Shown: positions 1 to 13,064 of the stretch, one piece after another
Layout: every line of letters starts with the position of its first letter
Numbering within the stretch: position 1 is the first letter of the stretch
Assembly: GCA_013239625.1 (NCBI GenBank)
Contig: MU056000.1
Coordinates: 15,404,851 to 15,444,527, forward strand
From: Lama guanicoe
Taxonomy: Eukaryota
Length of the DNA stretch: 39,677 nt
Direction: 5' to 3'
Position numbers and translations under genes: made by a program
The notes under the pieces: model-generated
What the model saw: only the letters and a program-made list of their open reading frames with translations
What the model was told of the DNA's origin: nothing
The model's database searches: none

Positions 1-42
1 CATTAATCAATATGTTGACTCTGCTGGTTAATAATGGATTAC
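1..42 (-). CDS. CDH12: Second (duplicated) copy of the CDH12 122-nt exon, truncated by the window edge
   Basis: Bases 1-42 are identical to 2061-2102, with an intact acceptor (ttatcag) at 43-49. The remainder of the exon lies outside the window. Confidence 0.8.
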
Positions 43-1330
43 CTGATAAAAACATAAAAAGAGAGCAGCTGATTTAAAAATCCGATCAATAATTGCTTTT
101 ATAGTAAATAGCATTAACATTTAAAAAAATCAGCATTCATATGGAATCCAAATGACCTTTCCTGAATGGCAAACTCTGAGGAGTTGAGCCAAAAATAAAT
201 GAAAAAACAATGAATACAGGTGGTATCAATGTTTCTCTGTCAAAGCATCACAGTGCACTGCTCCAGCGTTTGTCCCTGTAAATCACCACTAAAGTTAAGT
301 TCAACCATTTAGCTGGAATTTCATCACCAGTCTAGCCATCATACTAGGGCTAATTCATAGACCCAATCTTCACCCATCGTGGTATTTTTCACCAGATAAA
401 ACATTTTATTTCTATGTTGTGTCTATGTTGAGTAGCATCATCTGCATATTGAAATAAAACTCTCAAAATGATTCCTCCTGAAAAAGAATGATAAATAACA
501 AGGAGAATGAATGAGAGACGGCTTTTCCTAAATGAAAATTAAGGTAAATTTAAGAAAGTAGCTGTAAGAGATAGATCACGTAAAACTAGGAGGCACCCTG
601 AAATCGCTCGCTGGTGCTGAGAAAGGAAAGAATAAACAACCTTTCCTTCCTACAGTATCAAAAAACAGTAGTTTGAAAAAAGAGTCACTGCCAAAATCCC
701 ATCACAAGTTTTAGTCCCAGATACATTGTCTTCATCTCTGTCATTTGTTGGAACAAGACCAGAAATAGTTAAACCAATAAGGCATAGCATAATGCATATG
801 TTTTAACTTATTTATTGTAAAATTTTATCTAATGAAGTTTTCGGTTGGCTAAAGTGTCACAAATTGTTGACAGATCTTGTCCAAAGTTGTATATCTAGAT
901 GAATGAGGAGTTAATATTCAATCCCAAGACTATGGAAAACCAAATATTGTGTTCATTCCACCAGACCTTTTCTATTGATTGGTGTTGTGGTAAATTCATC
1001 TCTGCAGTGCCACCGAAGATTCATAATGTTAGTATTCTTTTCTACTTCTGTGAGGGTGCTTTTAAAGAATGCATACAAATGTCACCACATGACTGATTCT
1101 GATAAGCCTACAATAGACATTTTAAGATATTTTTTCAAATAAGAATTAAAACTTCACATTTTCTAAATGAGTAGTTATGCTATTCAAAAGTAATCAAAAT
1201 ATACATCAAACCAAAACATTCTGATGTATTTTTCCTTTGGAAACTAGGTACACAATATTGGATTAATCATATTCTTGTTTCATAATACATTCATACCATT
1301 TGCTCAAGACCAGTTCCTATTAGATTATAC

Positions 1331-1366
1331 CATATCATGTCATATCATATCATATCATATCATATA
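1331..1366. repeat. (CATAT)n pentanucleotide microsatellite
   Basis: catatcatgtcatatcatatcatatcatatcatat. Confidence 0.85.
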
Positions 1367-1980
1367 TTCATCACTCATTCATAGTATAGGGAAAAGCTGC
1401 CTACCTACCATACTCACATAAACTCTAGGATTTTTACAGTAACTTTCATTAACTATGTGGTCCTCCATCATACCCTCTCTCCACTAGAACCTCCCTCCAG
1501 AGCAATACTTAGTAAGAAAATGTAACTCAGATATTTTGAATAACCCTACTTAAGGCCACCAGAGAAAACTTTACATTTTTCATGGGTTTAACAGCTTTTA
1601 TGTAACCTTCCATGAAGGCATGTGAGCAAAGCAAGAAATACTATAGAAGAACGTACTGTAAAGTTGCTTACTTACTGCGTTTATAGGTACAAGTTCTTCT
1701 CAAATTTCATAATAAAGGAATGGAAAACAGCAGAATCTTCAATCCTAGAATTTTTAGTTGTACAAAGACTATTCACCAGGTCATCATAATTTTATCCCCA
1801 GCGGTATTACCTCCACACCCATACATAGACCATTAATTCAAAAAAATTGACTATATTTTATAGCTTCTTTTATGAAGACATAGGATCCATGTGTGTGTAT
1901 TAAGGCATGGTCTTGTAACCTAAAACACGCGCATAGAGCAGGTCTTCATACAACCTGAATCAAGAGTGTTGATAAGATAC

Positions 1981-2102
1981 CTGTCCTGGTTTGGCATTTT
2001 CACACACTGCTGTCTCATATGGCACAGAGATTTCTGGAGGAAATTCATTGACATCTAGGACATTAATCAATATGTTGACTCTGCTGGTTAATAATGGATT
2101 AC
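1981..2102 (-). CDS. CDH12: Cadherin-12 internal coding exon (122 nt; EC4/EC5 junction), not in the ORF track
   Basis: Reverse complement reads (S)[40 protein letters not shown] with the DVNE linker motif. Pyrimidine tract plus ttatcag| acceptor, CAG|gtatct donor. Phase 1 to 0, joining the 137-nt exon (A|GT = Ser). Sizes 254/137/122 fit the conserved type II cadherin exon pattern. Confidence 0.95.
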
Positions 2103-3849
2103 CTGATAAAAACATAAAAAGAGAGCAGCTGATTTAAAAATCCGATCAATAATTGCTTTTATAGTAAATAGCATTAACATTTAAAAAAATCAGCATTCAT
2201 ATGGAATCCAAATGACCTTTCCTGAATGGCAAACTCTGAGGACTTGAGCCAAAAATAAATGAAAAAACAATGAATACAGGTGGTATCAATGTTTCTCTGT
2301 CAAAGCATCACAGTGCACTGCTCCAGCGTTTGTCCCTGAAAATCACCACTAAAGTTAAGTTCAACCATTTAGCTGGAATTTCATCACCAGTCTAGCCATC
2401 ATACTAGGGCTAATTCATAGACCCAATCTTCACCCATCGTGGTATTTTTCACTAGATAAAACATTTTATTTCTATGTTGTGTCTATGTTGAGTAGCATCA
2501 TCTGCATATTGAAATAAAACTCTCAAAATGATTCCTCCTGAAAAAGAATGATAAATAACAAGGAGAATGAATGAGAGACGGCTTTTCCTAAATGAAAATT
2601 AAGGTAAATTTAAGAAAGTAGCTGTAAGAGATAGATCACGTAAAACTAGGAGGCACCCTGAAATCGCTCGCTGGTGCTGAGAAAGGAAAGAATAAACAAC
2701 CTTTCCTTCCTACAGTATCAAAAAACAGTAGTTTGAAAAAAGAGTCACTGCCAAAATCCCATCACAAGTTTTAGTCCCAGATACATTGTCTTCATCTCTG
2801 TCATTTGTTGGAACAAGACCAGAAATAGTTAAACTAATAAGGCATAGCATAATGCATGTGTTTTAACTTATTTATTGAAAAATTTTATCTAATGAAGCTT
2901 TCGGTTGGCTAAAGTGTCACAAATTGTTGAAAGACCTTGTCCAAAGTTGTATATCTAGATGAATGAGGAGTTAATATTCAATCCGAAGACTATGGAAAAC
3001 CAAATATTGTGTTCATTCCACCAGACCTTTTCTATTGATTGGTGTTGTGGTAAATTCATCTCTGCAGTGCCACCGAAGATTCATAATGTTAGTATTCTTT
3101 TCTACTTCTGTGAGGGTGCTTTTAAAGAATGCATACAAATGTCACCACATGACTGATTCTGATAAGCCTACAATAGTCTTCTGTGCTAAAATTTATTTTA
3201 AGAAATAAAAAGCATTGTCAGCAGTAGCTTAAGAAATGTTCACATATTCATATACAACACAGTGAAATTCATTACCGTGTACCAGTACAGGCACAGATAA
3301 CATAAAGTAAGGATAAATGGTATATTTTGTAAAATAGGTTTTGTTTATAGAAAGTGTATTGGTAATCTTGGAGGAGGATGCATAAAATGTCTATTATTTA
3401 AACATTAATATTGGTCACATGGCATTATCTTTTATGACAGAAAAGGCTTTGTTCTGTTTTCACAAGTTATTTAATCTTTCTTCAACTTGTGGTATTAATA
3501 AGTGCTAATTCATAAGTTTTCTGATTTGTTGTATTAAATCAGATGGTGATTTACAGAATGTTAGATCACTTGGTAAATTGTCATTATTTTCATTACCAAC
3601 TGTAATTTGTGGAGATTATCTAGTTCGGCTTCTGTTATTAGTATTAAGTACTCATATATCATAAAATACAGATAAAATCAACAATTTGGCTAAGTTAGTT
3701 TCACTTTCCTAAATAAACCGAAAATTATCAATCAGTACAGCAAAATCAACTCCTAATACTTTGTAATGCTTATAACGTACCCATGTTCAAAAACACGTTT
3801 CCTAGGTGAACTTATTTAGGTTTTACAGCAACTTTAATATACAAACTGT

Positions 3850-3985
3850 TATCCCTGTAATTGTATACAGAACTCTGAAAAACAGAAGGAGACTGTAACT
3901 CTTCCAAAAATTGCAAGACAAAAGTGGTAAGGTGAGTTTTGAATCCAAGTGTTCTAGTTTCAAGTCCATGCTCTTAAACACTATT
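3850..3985 (-). mobile_element. MIR SINE fragment
   Basis: Degenerate MIR core-like motifs, e.g. 'ttttgaatccaagtgttctagtttcaagtccatgctcttaaacacta'. Confidence 0.5.
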
Positions 3986-5269
3986 AAACATTAACCTATT
4001 CAACTTTTGTACCATGTAAAAATCAATCACTACCTCTTATTTTATTTGGTACATAATTTACAAATCACAAGGACATAAAAAGAAAAGAGTGTCCCCCCCA
4101 ACCAGGATACAGTTTTATTTTATGAAGTTAGTATACGGGTGAGGTGTCTTCTAAAGTCCTGACTTCCCTCATAATTATATTTATAGTACAAATTTATGTT
4201 TATAATGTGGAAACATATTACTAATTTAAGCTGTTTTTTACCCATGAGAAATTTCCTTTTGGTAATTTTAATATTTATCCTCTCTCAATATAGATTTTAA
4301 CTTCTGTCCCAATAAGTAATGTGTCACAAAAATATAATCAGTATTGTAGCATCTTATTATTAAAAGTGTTTCTCAAAGGTGTGCTTTTGGTATTTTAGGT
4401 ATTAATATAAAAACATTTTGTTGTGTGAGATTTTGCTGTGTACTGTAGAATCTGTAGAATTACTGAATATTAAATGTTACTAAGTCATCACTGTGGCAAT
4501 TACAAAATAAATGCCTCAACAAGGACAAAGGAAAAATTATAACAACAGAGACAACATATTCATATTGTCTAAAATGAGTGATGAGTTTATGGGTTTCACT
4601 ATATTATTCTCTCTTCTATTGTATATTTGTAAAACTTTTTATAGTTAAAGGTTTAACAATGTCACCTTATTTTTTAAACTCTGGCTGGGTAAGTGGTAAT
4701 ATTTCTATTCAAGAGCCACTATACTTAAGAATTCACCTTTTCACAGAGAATATACTTTTTAGAGTAATATAGAATTTTGTCATTCTATGTAATTCACCAA
4801 ATGATGTGAAAAAGTAATGACGTTCTTTCTGATTCATCTAATCTTTGAAACAGCAAAGGTGAAATTTGCTCAAACTTGATTCAGCATGAGCACTATTATC
4901 CAAGTCTTTGCCATGTTAGAAACTAGTTATCATTGAATAATTAGATAACAAATTCAAATATGAACTTAATAAATATTAAATAACCAAAATATTACACAAT
5001 TAATTACTGTGTTCCTAGTAGTCAAACCATTTAAACTGTAATTATCATTGATTCATGTTGCTTATATTGAATAACTAGCTTATTAATAGCTTTAGGTTCA
5101 GATAAAACAATAACTAATTCTATCTTTGTTCCTCATGTTGTCAAGAATGTTTTGTTAGATCTTCTTTCTCTACGTCTGGTGATATCTCAGTCAGCTCCCA
5201 GAGCTTTTGAGTCAATTTGAGTTAGAATGATCTTATTGTTAGTATTTTAAAGTATGGCTTAAGCTACAG

Positions 5270-6785
5270 AAAAAAAAAGGCTAAATTATGAAAATCAGGA
5301 ATAAAATAGGAGCTATCACTTTATCATAAATGAGATACATCCTATAAAATAATCTAGTAAACTTATGCCAAAAATTTAGTCAACATAGATAAACTGGATG
5401 GATTCCTAGAAAGACATAAATGATTCATAACTGATCTCAAAATTAAAAAAAAATCTTAATAGACCTAAAACAGTGGAGAAAATTATGCTGTAATTAAAAA
5501 TTTACCAAGAAAAATTCATGCCCACATGGCTTCACTGGGAAATTCCAACAACTATTTAGAGACCATACAGTATCAATTCTTTATGAACTCTTTTAGAAAA
5601 TACCAGTTCATTCTGCGTCTTATTACTAAAGCCAACTAAAAACATCAGGAAAAAATCAAAGCATGGACTAGTATCACTCACAAACATAGGTATAAAAATT
5701 CATTAACAAAAGATTAACAAGTCAATCCCAGAAGCATATTATAAACCTAATGAGTAATGACTAAATAGCATTTACCTTAGGGATGCAAAGTTACTTTAAA
5801 ATCCAATAATAACCAATGTGATATACCATCTTAACAGAAGAAAGAACAAAAAATCACATAGCCATCTCAGCAGTCAGAATTAGTATTTGACAAAATTTTA
5901 TCCATATATGATTAAAACCTGTCAACAAATAATAAACAGAAGGCAACATCTTCAACCTGACATAGTAAATCTACAAGAAAGCCATAGCTAACATCACACT
6001 CAATGGTGAGAAACTAAATATTTTCTCTCCAACACTGAGCACACGGCAGGAATGTCTGCTCTGACTACACATTCTCCATTACACTTGAGGGTTTACCCAT
6101 TGCAATCAAATATAAAAAAAAAAAAGTATTCAGATTGGAAAGAAACAGAAAAGTGTTTTTGTTAAAAAATGACAAGATCCTATAGGTAGGAAATCCTAAG
6201 AATCCACAAGGAAACTAATGGATATAATAGAGTGTATCAAGGCCACAGGCTAAGAGAACAATATAAAAGGTGGCTATTGCATACCTAATATACTATCAAA
6301 TAATAAATTGAAAATAAAATTAGCAAAACCGTTCAATTCACAATAGAATCAAAGATAATAAAATCTTTAGGAATTAATTTAGCAAAATAAATGCAGGACT
6401 TACAAACTGAAATTCACAAATCATTGCTCAGAGAAATAAAATAGATTGCTGATGGAGATGTAAAACTGTGTAGTCACTTTAGAAAATAGGCCAGAACTTT
6501 CTTTAAACATTAAACAGGAACTTATAACCTAATAATTCCACTCCTAGGTGTCTAGCCAAGAGGATGAAGTGAATGTCCACAAAAAGCCTGGATGCATATT
6601 ACGGAAGCGTTACGTGTGTAGTTCCAAACTGGGACCAATTCAAATGTCTGTCTTTCAGTGAATAGATAAACAATGGAATATCCACACAATTAAAAATTCT
6701 ATAACAATAAAAAGGAAGAAAATAGTGATACATGCTACATCATGAATGAACTTCAAAACTAGTGTGCTTCATTGATAAGAAAAGA
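5270..6785 (+). mobile_element. Old LINE-1 (L1M) fragment: degraded ORF2 and 3' region with internal deletions
   Basis: A-rich strand with L1 ORF2 hallmarks: 'tggcttcactgggaaattccaacaa', 'atcttcaacctgacatag', 'tattcagattggaaagaa', 'taggaattaatttagcaaaa', 'aataattccactcctaggt', 'gtgaatagataaacaatgg'. No long ORF remains. Confidence 0.85.
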
Positions 6786-6789
6786 GGAC

Positions 6790-7005
6790 TGACATCACTC
6801 CTTACTGGGAGCTTAATTAACTGCAGAAAGCAAAACGTTTCAGTGCCTTTCGGTTTCTGAAGTGCAAGAGCTTTACGGAGATTCCAGGCCCAGCTGCCAA
6901 GTCTTCCAGACTTCCTGGAGCAGATATTAAGATGAACTCTCTTAGAATTCCTGACCCAAAGAAGCTCCATGATAATGTGTTACGCAGCAATAGAAAACGA
7001 ATCCT
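6790..7005 (+). mobile_element. MaLR (MLT1-like) LTR 3' fragment
   Basis: Ends in 'gataatgtgttacgcagcaatagaaaac', similar to the MLT1 3' terminus as recalled. Confidence 0.45.
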
Positions 7006-7073
7006 GGTGATAAGACATATTAAAATATATATTACAAGGAAAGAAGGAGTCTGACTTGGGGGCTGCAGCTGAG

Positions 7074-8410
7074 ATGGGCTCCCTGCAGAGCCCACTGGCC
7101 ACGGTGGGGGAAGCAGCGTTCATTTCCAGGCACCGAGTAGGGACTTTGCCCAGAGGGGGCTGTTGCTGGGGCTCGAGCTCTCATTTTGTCCCAGGTCTGC
7201 AGACACTTCCAGCAAGTCTTCTGCTTCCATGGAGATTGATGCAGCTATCAGCTCCCGTGGTCCCCAAGCCACCTGGAGTGGGGCCACCACCATTTGGAGA
7301 CAAATGTCGCCCTGCCCTGACCCACAGGGGCTCTGAGCCCACGTTCCTGCCGTCTGTGGGCTGTGGATTGGAACTGGGAAGGGGCTTGCTGGGGACACAG
7401 AGCCTGGCCTGGAGGGATTGGCCAGCAAGGCCAGGGAGGTTGGTGGCAGTCATCTGCTGATGGAGATTACAGCCACCCCCAGGAGTCTCAGCCCAAGTCA
7501 GCCCCTTTCCTAGGAGCTCCTGGCCCACTTCAGAGCTTGGACCTTGAGAGGGAGAAGGACAGTGAGGGCATCATATGTGGCATCTGCATAGACGAGATGT
7601 GGATCAAGCCAGAGGCCAAATGGATCTTCCACATCCTGTCCAGCTGGACACGCCCATTGTCTGGGCTGCCAGTGATTGTAGCTGAAGAGAGGGCAGGACT
7701 TCTCTCTGGACTTCCTTAAGCCTGTTATCACTGCCAGATCCATTCCAGCCACGTCGTACCCCATGTATTCTATGTGAGCACAGAGACTGACAAGGGGCAA
7801 CCTAGCAGGAGCTCCAAGGCTCGCATCAGCCAGATCGGAGGCCAGTTCTTCATGTGGGAGAATGGCCACTGTGCCTTCAAGTCTGACTGTGTTTACCTGC
7901 ACCAGGTCCCAGCTAAGGTCCTTCCTCACCCAAGAGTGTGCAGCTGGCCTCTGGGTGAGGTGCTGAGCCCAGCAGTGTTCTTAGGCGATGCCAAGCCAGA
8001 GGACCAAAGTGTTCTTCGGGGACTGTGCCCTGGTCATGGCCTTGGGTTCAGAATTCCTATGATCCCAACAGCTCTTACTATGGCCTCCAGTACCCAGGAT
8101 CAACGAGTGGGGCGGAAGGCTGAGGAGCCCAGGTGGTAGCAGGCGGTCAGTGTTTTTCCTGTTGGACTTGGTGGGGGAGGAAAGTAGCACGTGCCCCCAC
8201 CATGAACTGCAGCAGTGAGACAGTGGGGGACGTGGAGGAGGGGAAGTGCTCTCGGGAAAGAGAGGGCGTTCTCACTCTCTTATCAGAACCTTGGTTTTTA
8301 CCTTTGCTCTTTTGTAGGAGGATACTGAAGGAAAACCAACAAGATGAACCTAAGCCATCAGAAATAAAGAGTGAGTGGAAGAAGAATGAAGAAGAATGAA
8401 GAAGAACAAA
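7074..8410 (+). pseudogene. Intronless, disabled makorin-family (MKRN-like) E3 ligase copy, antisense within the CDH12 intron
   Basis: GC-rich island. Across frameshifts it gives a decayed C3H finger (RDFA..GCCWGSSSHF, ~7138-7190), a C3H finger QVCRHFQQVFCFHGD*CSYQ (~7192-7251), a makorin RING GIICGICIDEMWIKPEAKWIFHILSS/AHCLGCQ*L*LKRGQDFSLDFLK/ACYHCQIHSSHVVPHVFYV (~7567-7776) and a C-terminal C3H FFMWENGHCAFKSDCVYLH (~7846-7902). AATAAA at 8363-8368 is followed by an A-rich (GAAGAAT)n tract. Confidence 0.85.
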
Positions 8411-8599
8411 GAATGGCATTGCTCCCTGAATTGGTGCTTTTTTTAGCTGGAATCATCTGAAATTTCACTGATTCACCTGTCCGGTGCTTGATGCCGGCGG
8501 TTTGCTGGAAATGTAGACACGAATACTCATGCATTGTCTCTCTATGTAAACTTGACTCCCTCACAACATGGTGGCATGAGGTCAAGGGCATGAATTTCA

Positions 8600-8815
8600 A
8601 GAATGAGAAAAATTCAGACAGAAACTACTGCTTTTATGACCTAATGCGGTCACATAGGAACACTTCTCCTCTATGTTAGGGCAGTTTCCAGCCCCTTTCC
8701 AAATTTACGGGAGGAGAAGATAGACTTCACTTCTAGGTAAAAGAAATGTCAGCCTCGTCGTAAGAAGAACATATGGGATGGGACAGACACAAAGACGCAG
8801 CCCTTTTTGGAACCT
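8600..8815 (-). mobile_element. MaLR (MLT1-like) LTR fragment
   Basis: 'ctgcttttatgacctaatgcggtcacataggaacacttct' and 'gggaggagaagatagacttcacttct' resemble the MLT1 antisense consensus. Confidence 0.45.
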
Positions 8816-10034
8816 GGAATCAGAAATCTCTTAGGAATGGGTTCACTGGTTGCTAGTTACTAGCAGTGTAACTTTTGATAAATCCTAAAAACAAAACAAA
8901 AACAAACAAAACGCCCTCTAAAATTTAAATCTAAAAACTGATATAAATTTACGGTTCTTGTGCCGTCCTCTTTGGTGCTAAGGAGTTTTACAGGAAGCAA
9001 AGAGAAGTCATTGGCTTTATCCATAGTTCTCTGTATGTGCTATATTGGTATCCCACATAAGATTTCATTTGACCAAGTGTCCTGGTGATCAACAGAGTTT
9101 GAAAAATACAGATCTATAAATAGTTATTTACAGGTGAGAAAACTTTAGCGTAATCTTGCCCTATGCTTTGTGTCAGAGCCAAGACTGGAATCCAAATCCC
9201 CTTACTATGTTTTTTGCACCTTATGATATACATCGAATAACTCAGAGATTAAGAAAACACACTGCGTGAGATCTGCCATGTAAGTGATGCTCACTCACTT
9301 TCAATGAGTCACATTTATACTGCAATCTAGCCAGCGTGCTGTGAGGAAGCCCAGTTTATACTGAAACGTCAAAGAGGTATTTTTGTTTGTTGTTTTTAAT
9401 CACATAAGTAGATACTCAATAAATGCTGGGCAAATGATAGAAATGTTTCCAAGAACTAAACGAAAAGTGTAATTGAAAATGTTTTAAAAACCACAAAGTA
9501 CTAACAAACACAATACTCCTATTATATGAAAATATGCTGGAGTTATTAGGTTTCCTTATTTTAAAAACAACACCTGCTTTTGAATAACTATTGGAGTTCA
9601 AAATTCAATTTTATCACTATGTACAAAATTGCAACTACAATAACTTCAAGAATGAAATCTTAGCTTTTTACACCAAAAATTGAATTATAATGCAAACTGA
9701 GCAAAGTATAGTGAATAAAAAAACACAGGCTCTATTTTATCTTTTTTCTTTAAATCACTTCACTTTTAAATTACGAGATAAACAGTATCTAATAATAGCT
9801 CTGTTCAATTACCATAGTATGATCTGTAGCTAGACTGAGCCATCCATAAAGAGAATTTAAATTATTTGTGTAAACCTATGCTAAAGTCAAAAATTACCTT
9901 TGGTGCTGTTGATGACAAAAACTGATCTCCAAAGAATAAGAAGTCTTTAAAAATACCACCAATCAATTTCTTTGCAAAGAACACAGCAGAGAAACTTATT
10001 ACTGATTTTAAATATTTTCAATAACACAAAGCCT

Positions 10035-10150
10035 TAGATATTCTGAGTTTCTTGAGAGCAGAAACCACCTCATATTCATCTTTAAACCTCCAGAGTTTAA
10101 CACTAGAGTGCCTAGTAGAAGCTAACAAACTGAACATACCAATGAATAAA
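10035..10150 (+). mobile_element. LINE-2 3' end fragment
   Basis: 'tttcttgagagcagaaaccacctcatattcatcttt...gtgcctagtag...aatgaataaat' is an L2 tail pattern. Confidence 0.55.
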
Positions 10151-10769
10151 TATACTTTCAAAAACAGACTGAACTGAGAAGCAAAAGTGGATTATTACAG
10201 CTAATGTAACAGGAATCCTCTGCTGAACATGACCCACCGACACTGAGACAGTCAATATATTTTCCTTGAATTCATCCATTGCCAGCAAGACCACGGTTAA
10301 CATTAGGTGCCATTTTACTTTATGTTCAACTATCTATAATTTAACATTTTTTTCTCAAGTGATTTTCTTTAATATAATAACAGAATTTTAAATTGGTATT
10401 TTGAAGGCATGTAAAACCCATTATTGATTTTTGATCAATTTAATTAAAAGGAGATGCTTTTATACAGGTAGTTAACAGGTCAGTAAACAATCAAATTTGG
10501 GAAACAGTCACTTAGAAAAACATAATAAACTGTTAATAGTTTGATTATGTATTATTTCTCATTAGTTAAAATCAATTAAATCATGGAAGCAATGAGAATA
10601 CAGTGCAAAGAATTCAAAGCTGTGTTTTATCCTCTAACCTCCCCTCTCTCCTATGGTTCTCATCAAATTAGTTGACCAAAATGTTGTTTATAGGACCTAA
10701 ATACTTCTCTTCCCTTCTACCCATTAGCAAGTTTTTTGTTCCCCAGTCTTTCTATTGTTTCTTTGCCTA

Positions 10770-11930
10770 ACCCGTAAATGGCTAAGTCCACATCATAGAA
10801 CCACTTCTCGTGGTTTGTACTCACATACTCATTATAGTCTATATGTTGATTAACCTCAAATTTATTTATCAGACTTAAGTCCCTCTCCTGACTTCTTGAT
10901 CCTTATACACATGACATATATACATGACGACCTTCATGAGCAGCAAGAATATAAAATTTAACCTGTTCAAAACTGAGCTCATAATTTTTGCCCAAAACCA
11001 TTCATTCTATGTTTTCTACCTCAGTTTATGGCACCCGCAGCCCTCCTGCTGCCTATCTAAAAATCTGACCACTAATGATGATTCCTCATTCACCTCATTG
11101 CCATATCCAATCAACACTAATTTTTACCATTTTCACCTCTCAACTTTCCTTGAAATATCTCCATTTCTTTCTTATCGTCCTTGCCATTACTCTATAAGTC
11201 ATCAGTTTCTGCCTTAGATTATCCCAAAATTTTTCCATTTTTTCTACCATTTTCCAACCCTGCTTTACTCCAACCGATTTGCCATTCTGCTTCCAGTATA
11301 AATTTTCAACAAAGCCAGTCATATCAAATCCTGTTTTTGACTACACCTCTTCAGTACTGACTTTTTACTTCACAATGAAATAACATTATAATATGCTGGA
11401 AAAAATAGCCTTCATATTTTGTATCTAGATTCTTTTCATTTGTAGAAGGAGATTATTTAGAAGAGGTAAGTACAGAGAGATAGGGACAGAAAGACAAAGA
11501 ATAAGAGAGACAGAGGAGTTTTATCTTTTACTCACCCTCAATTTATTTACTTTTTCCTATACTACATTACTTTATATTCCTTTGACTGTCTTATGCACTC
11601 TTCAACTTCCAGAGCTTCGCATGTGCTATTTCCAGCATCTAAAATACCTTTCTGCCCTCCTTTCCCTCCTAATCTTTTACTTTTCAGTTTAGATGTTGTG
11701 TTCTCATGGAGGAATCCCCTTTATCTTTCTGTGTGCTCTCATAATACCCTACTTATTTTCCTATTTCCCATGTTAACATTTATAACATGATATTCTTATT
11801 GGCAGTTAATCATGTTTGATGCCTAGTAGATTATAAGTCAATATGAGGAAGATATTTTTTTCATTGTAAACTTCTGCTCTGAATACAAAGAACAGTGTTT
11901 AATATACAGCAAGGAATGAATAAATGAAGT
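10770..11930 (+). mobile_element. Fragmented LINE-2 3' region
   Basis: Pyrimidine-rich, with the L2 motif 'aaatttaacctgttcaaaactgagctc', and ends in 'ggaatgaataaatgaa'. Confidence 0.6.
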
Positions 11931-13064
11931 AGTAAAATTTTGCTGTTACATTTATATTCATGATAAATTTCTTGAAAAATTAATAAAAGTTATGATATAA
12001 TAATGGTCCCTTAAGATTTAATATGTCATATATTTCAAATAGCCACAAAGCTCACCATTTATTCATTAATTATGTACACATCCATATGTTCCAGAGAGTA
12101 TGATAAATCACAGGCATCAGAGATGTATAAGATAAAGTTTCTGACAATAAGAATTTCACAACTGAGAGGCTCACTATACAAATAAATGAAATACAATATA
12201 GTTCATAAAGTCAATGATATTTTCAATGTAAAAAATATTTTTTTTATTTTTGAATTCCATTTTTGGTATGTGATGTTAAAAGGAATTTTCTGTACATATC
12301 TAAACATAATTTTTTCATCCAAATTTCAACCTTCAGGTGGAAAGTTTGTCATGTGGTTTTAATTTCCTGAGAAAAATCAGATACTAATTAAGAAAAAAAA
12401 ACAAGCCTTTCATTATTATTTTGGATGTGATTTTGATAGAGCAGTTTTACTGATTTAAAGACTCCTAAGTAGTTTGATTATGGTAGTGTACCCATAAGCA
12501 GTTGAAAGTTTAAAATAAAATATAAACAATCACAACAAATTTGTATTCCATTATATTTACACATCATATAATAGTAAGAAAAATAGTACCATTTCTCAAT
12601 AAAGTAGATGACTATGGTGATGTTAATGATTATTATTAATGTATATAATACACTGAAGGTTTCATGAAATAGTTGAATATTTATACTTTCTTCACAGTAT
12701 GTATTTCATTTATAAGTACTATTAAAATGTTGCCAATACTATTAGAAATAAAACTTAACTTTCTTTGAGAATACAAAATAGTGCCATATAGTTACTTAGA
12801 GAAAAGAAAGGAAATTAGTAAATGGTAGATAAACTACCTACACTCATATGTGTAAAGGAGGGTATTCGTGAAGAGTAAGAGAAAGGCAATTATTTGAGAA
12901 ATAAAAAGAAAAAAATAATGACTTCAATCCAGAATGGAAACCAATGGTTACATTTAGTCCTCAAAAGCCAGCTGCACTCTCTGAGAAAATACATCTCTTC
13001 ACAGTAACATTATACTCTTTAACATCCCCAAATCCATGCCAATCTTTAAAAATCTGGAGCATTT

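Larger units (their letters stand above)
1..3176. repeat. Tandem direct duplication, period 2060 bp (1-1116 matches 2061-3176; full unit inferred as 1117-3176)
   Basis: Constant 2060 offset, about 10 substitutions and no indels seen by eye. The copies diverge after 'caatag' at 1116/3176. No N gap at the junction. Confidence 0.95.

Noticed and set aside
899..3156. Identical 65-aa ORFs at 899-1096 and 2959-3156
   Set aside because: Chance intronic ORF repeated only because of the 2060-bp duplication, with no recognisable motif.
4365..4660. Possible MER3/MER20-like and L1ME tail relics
   Set aside because: Too degraded to assign a family or boundaries by eye.
6740..8679. Dense overlapping ORFs on both strands suggesting a compact gene cluster
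   Set aside because: Explained by high GC (few stops) in the disabled makorin copy. Only pieces of the plus-strand frames carry homology.
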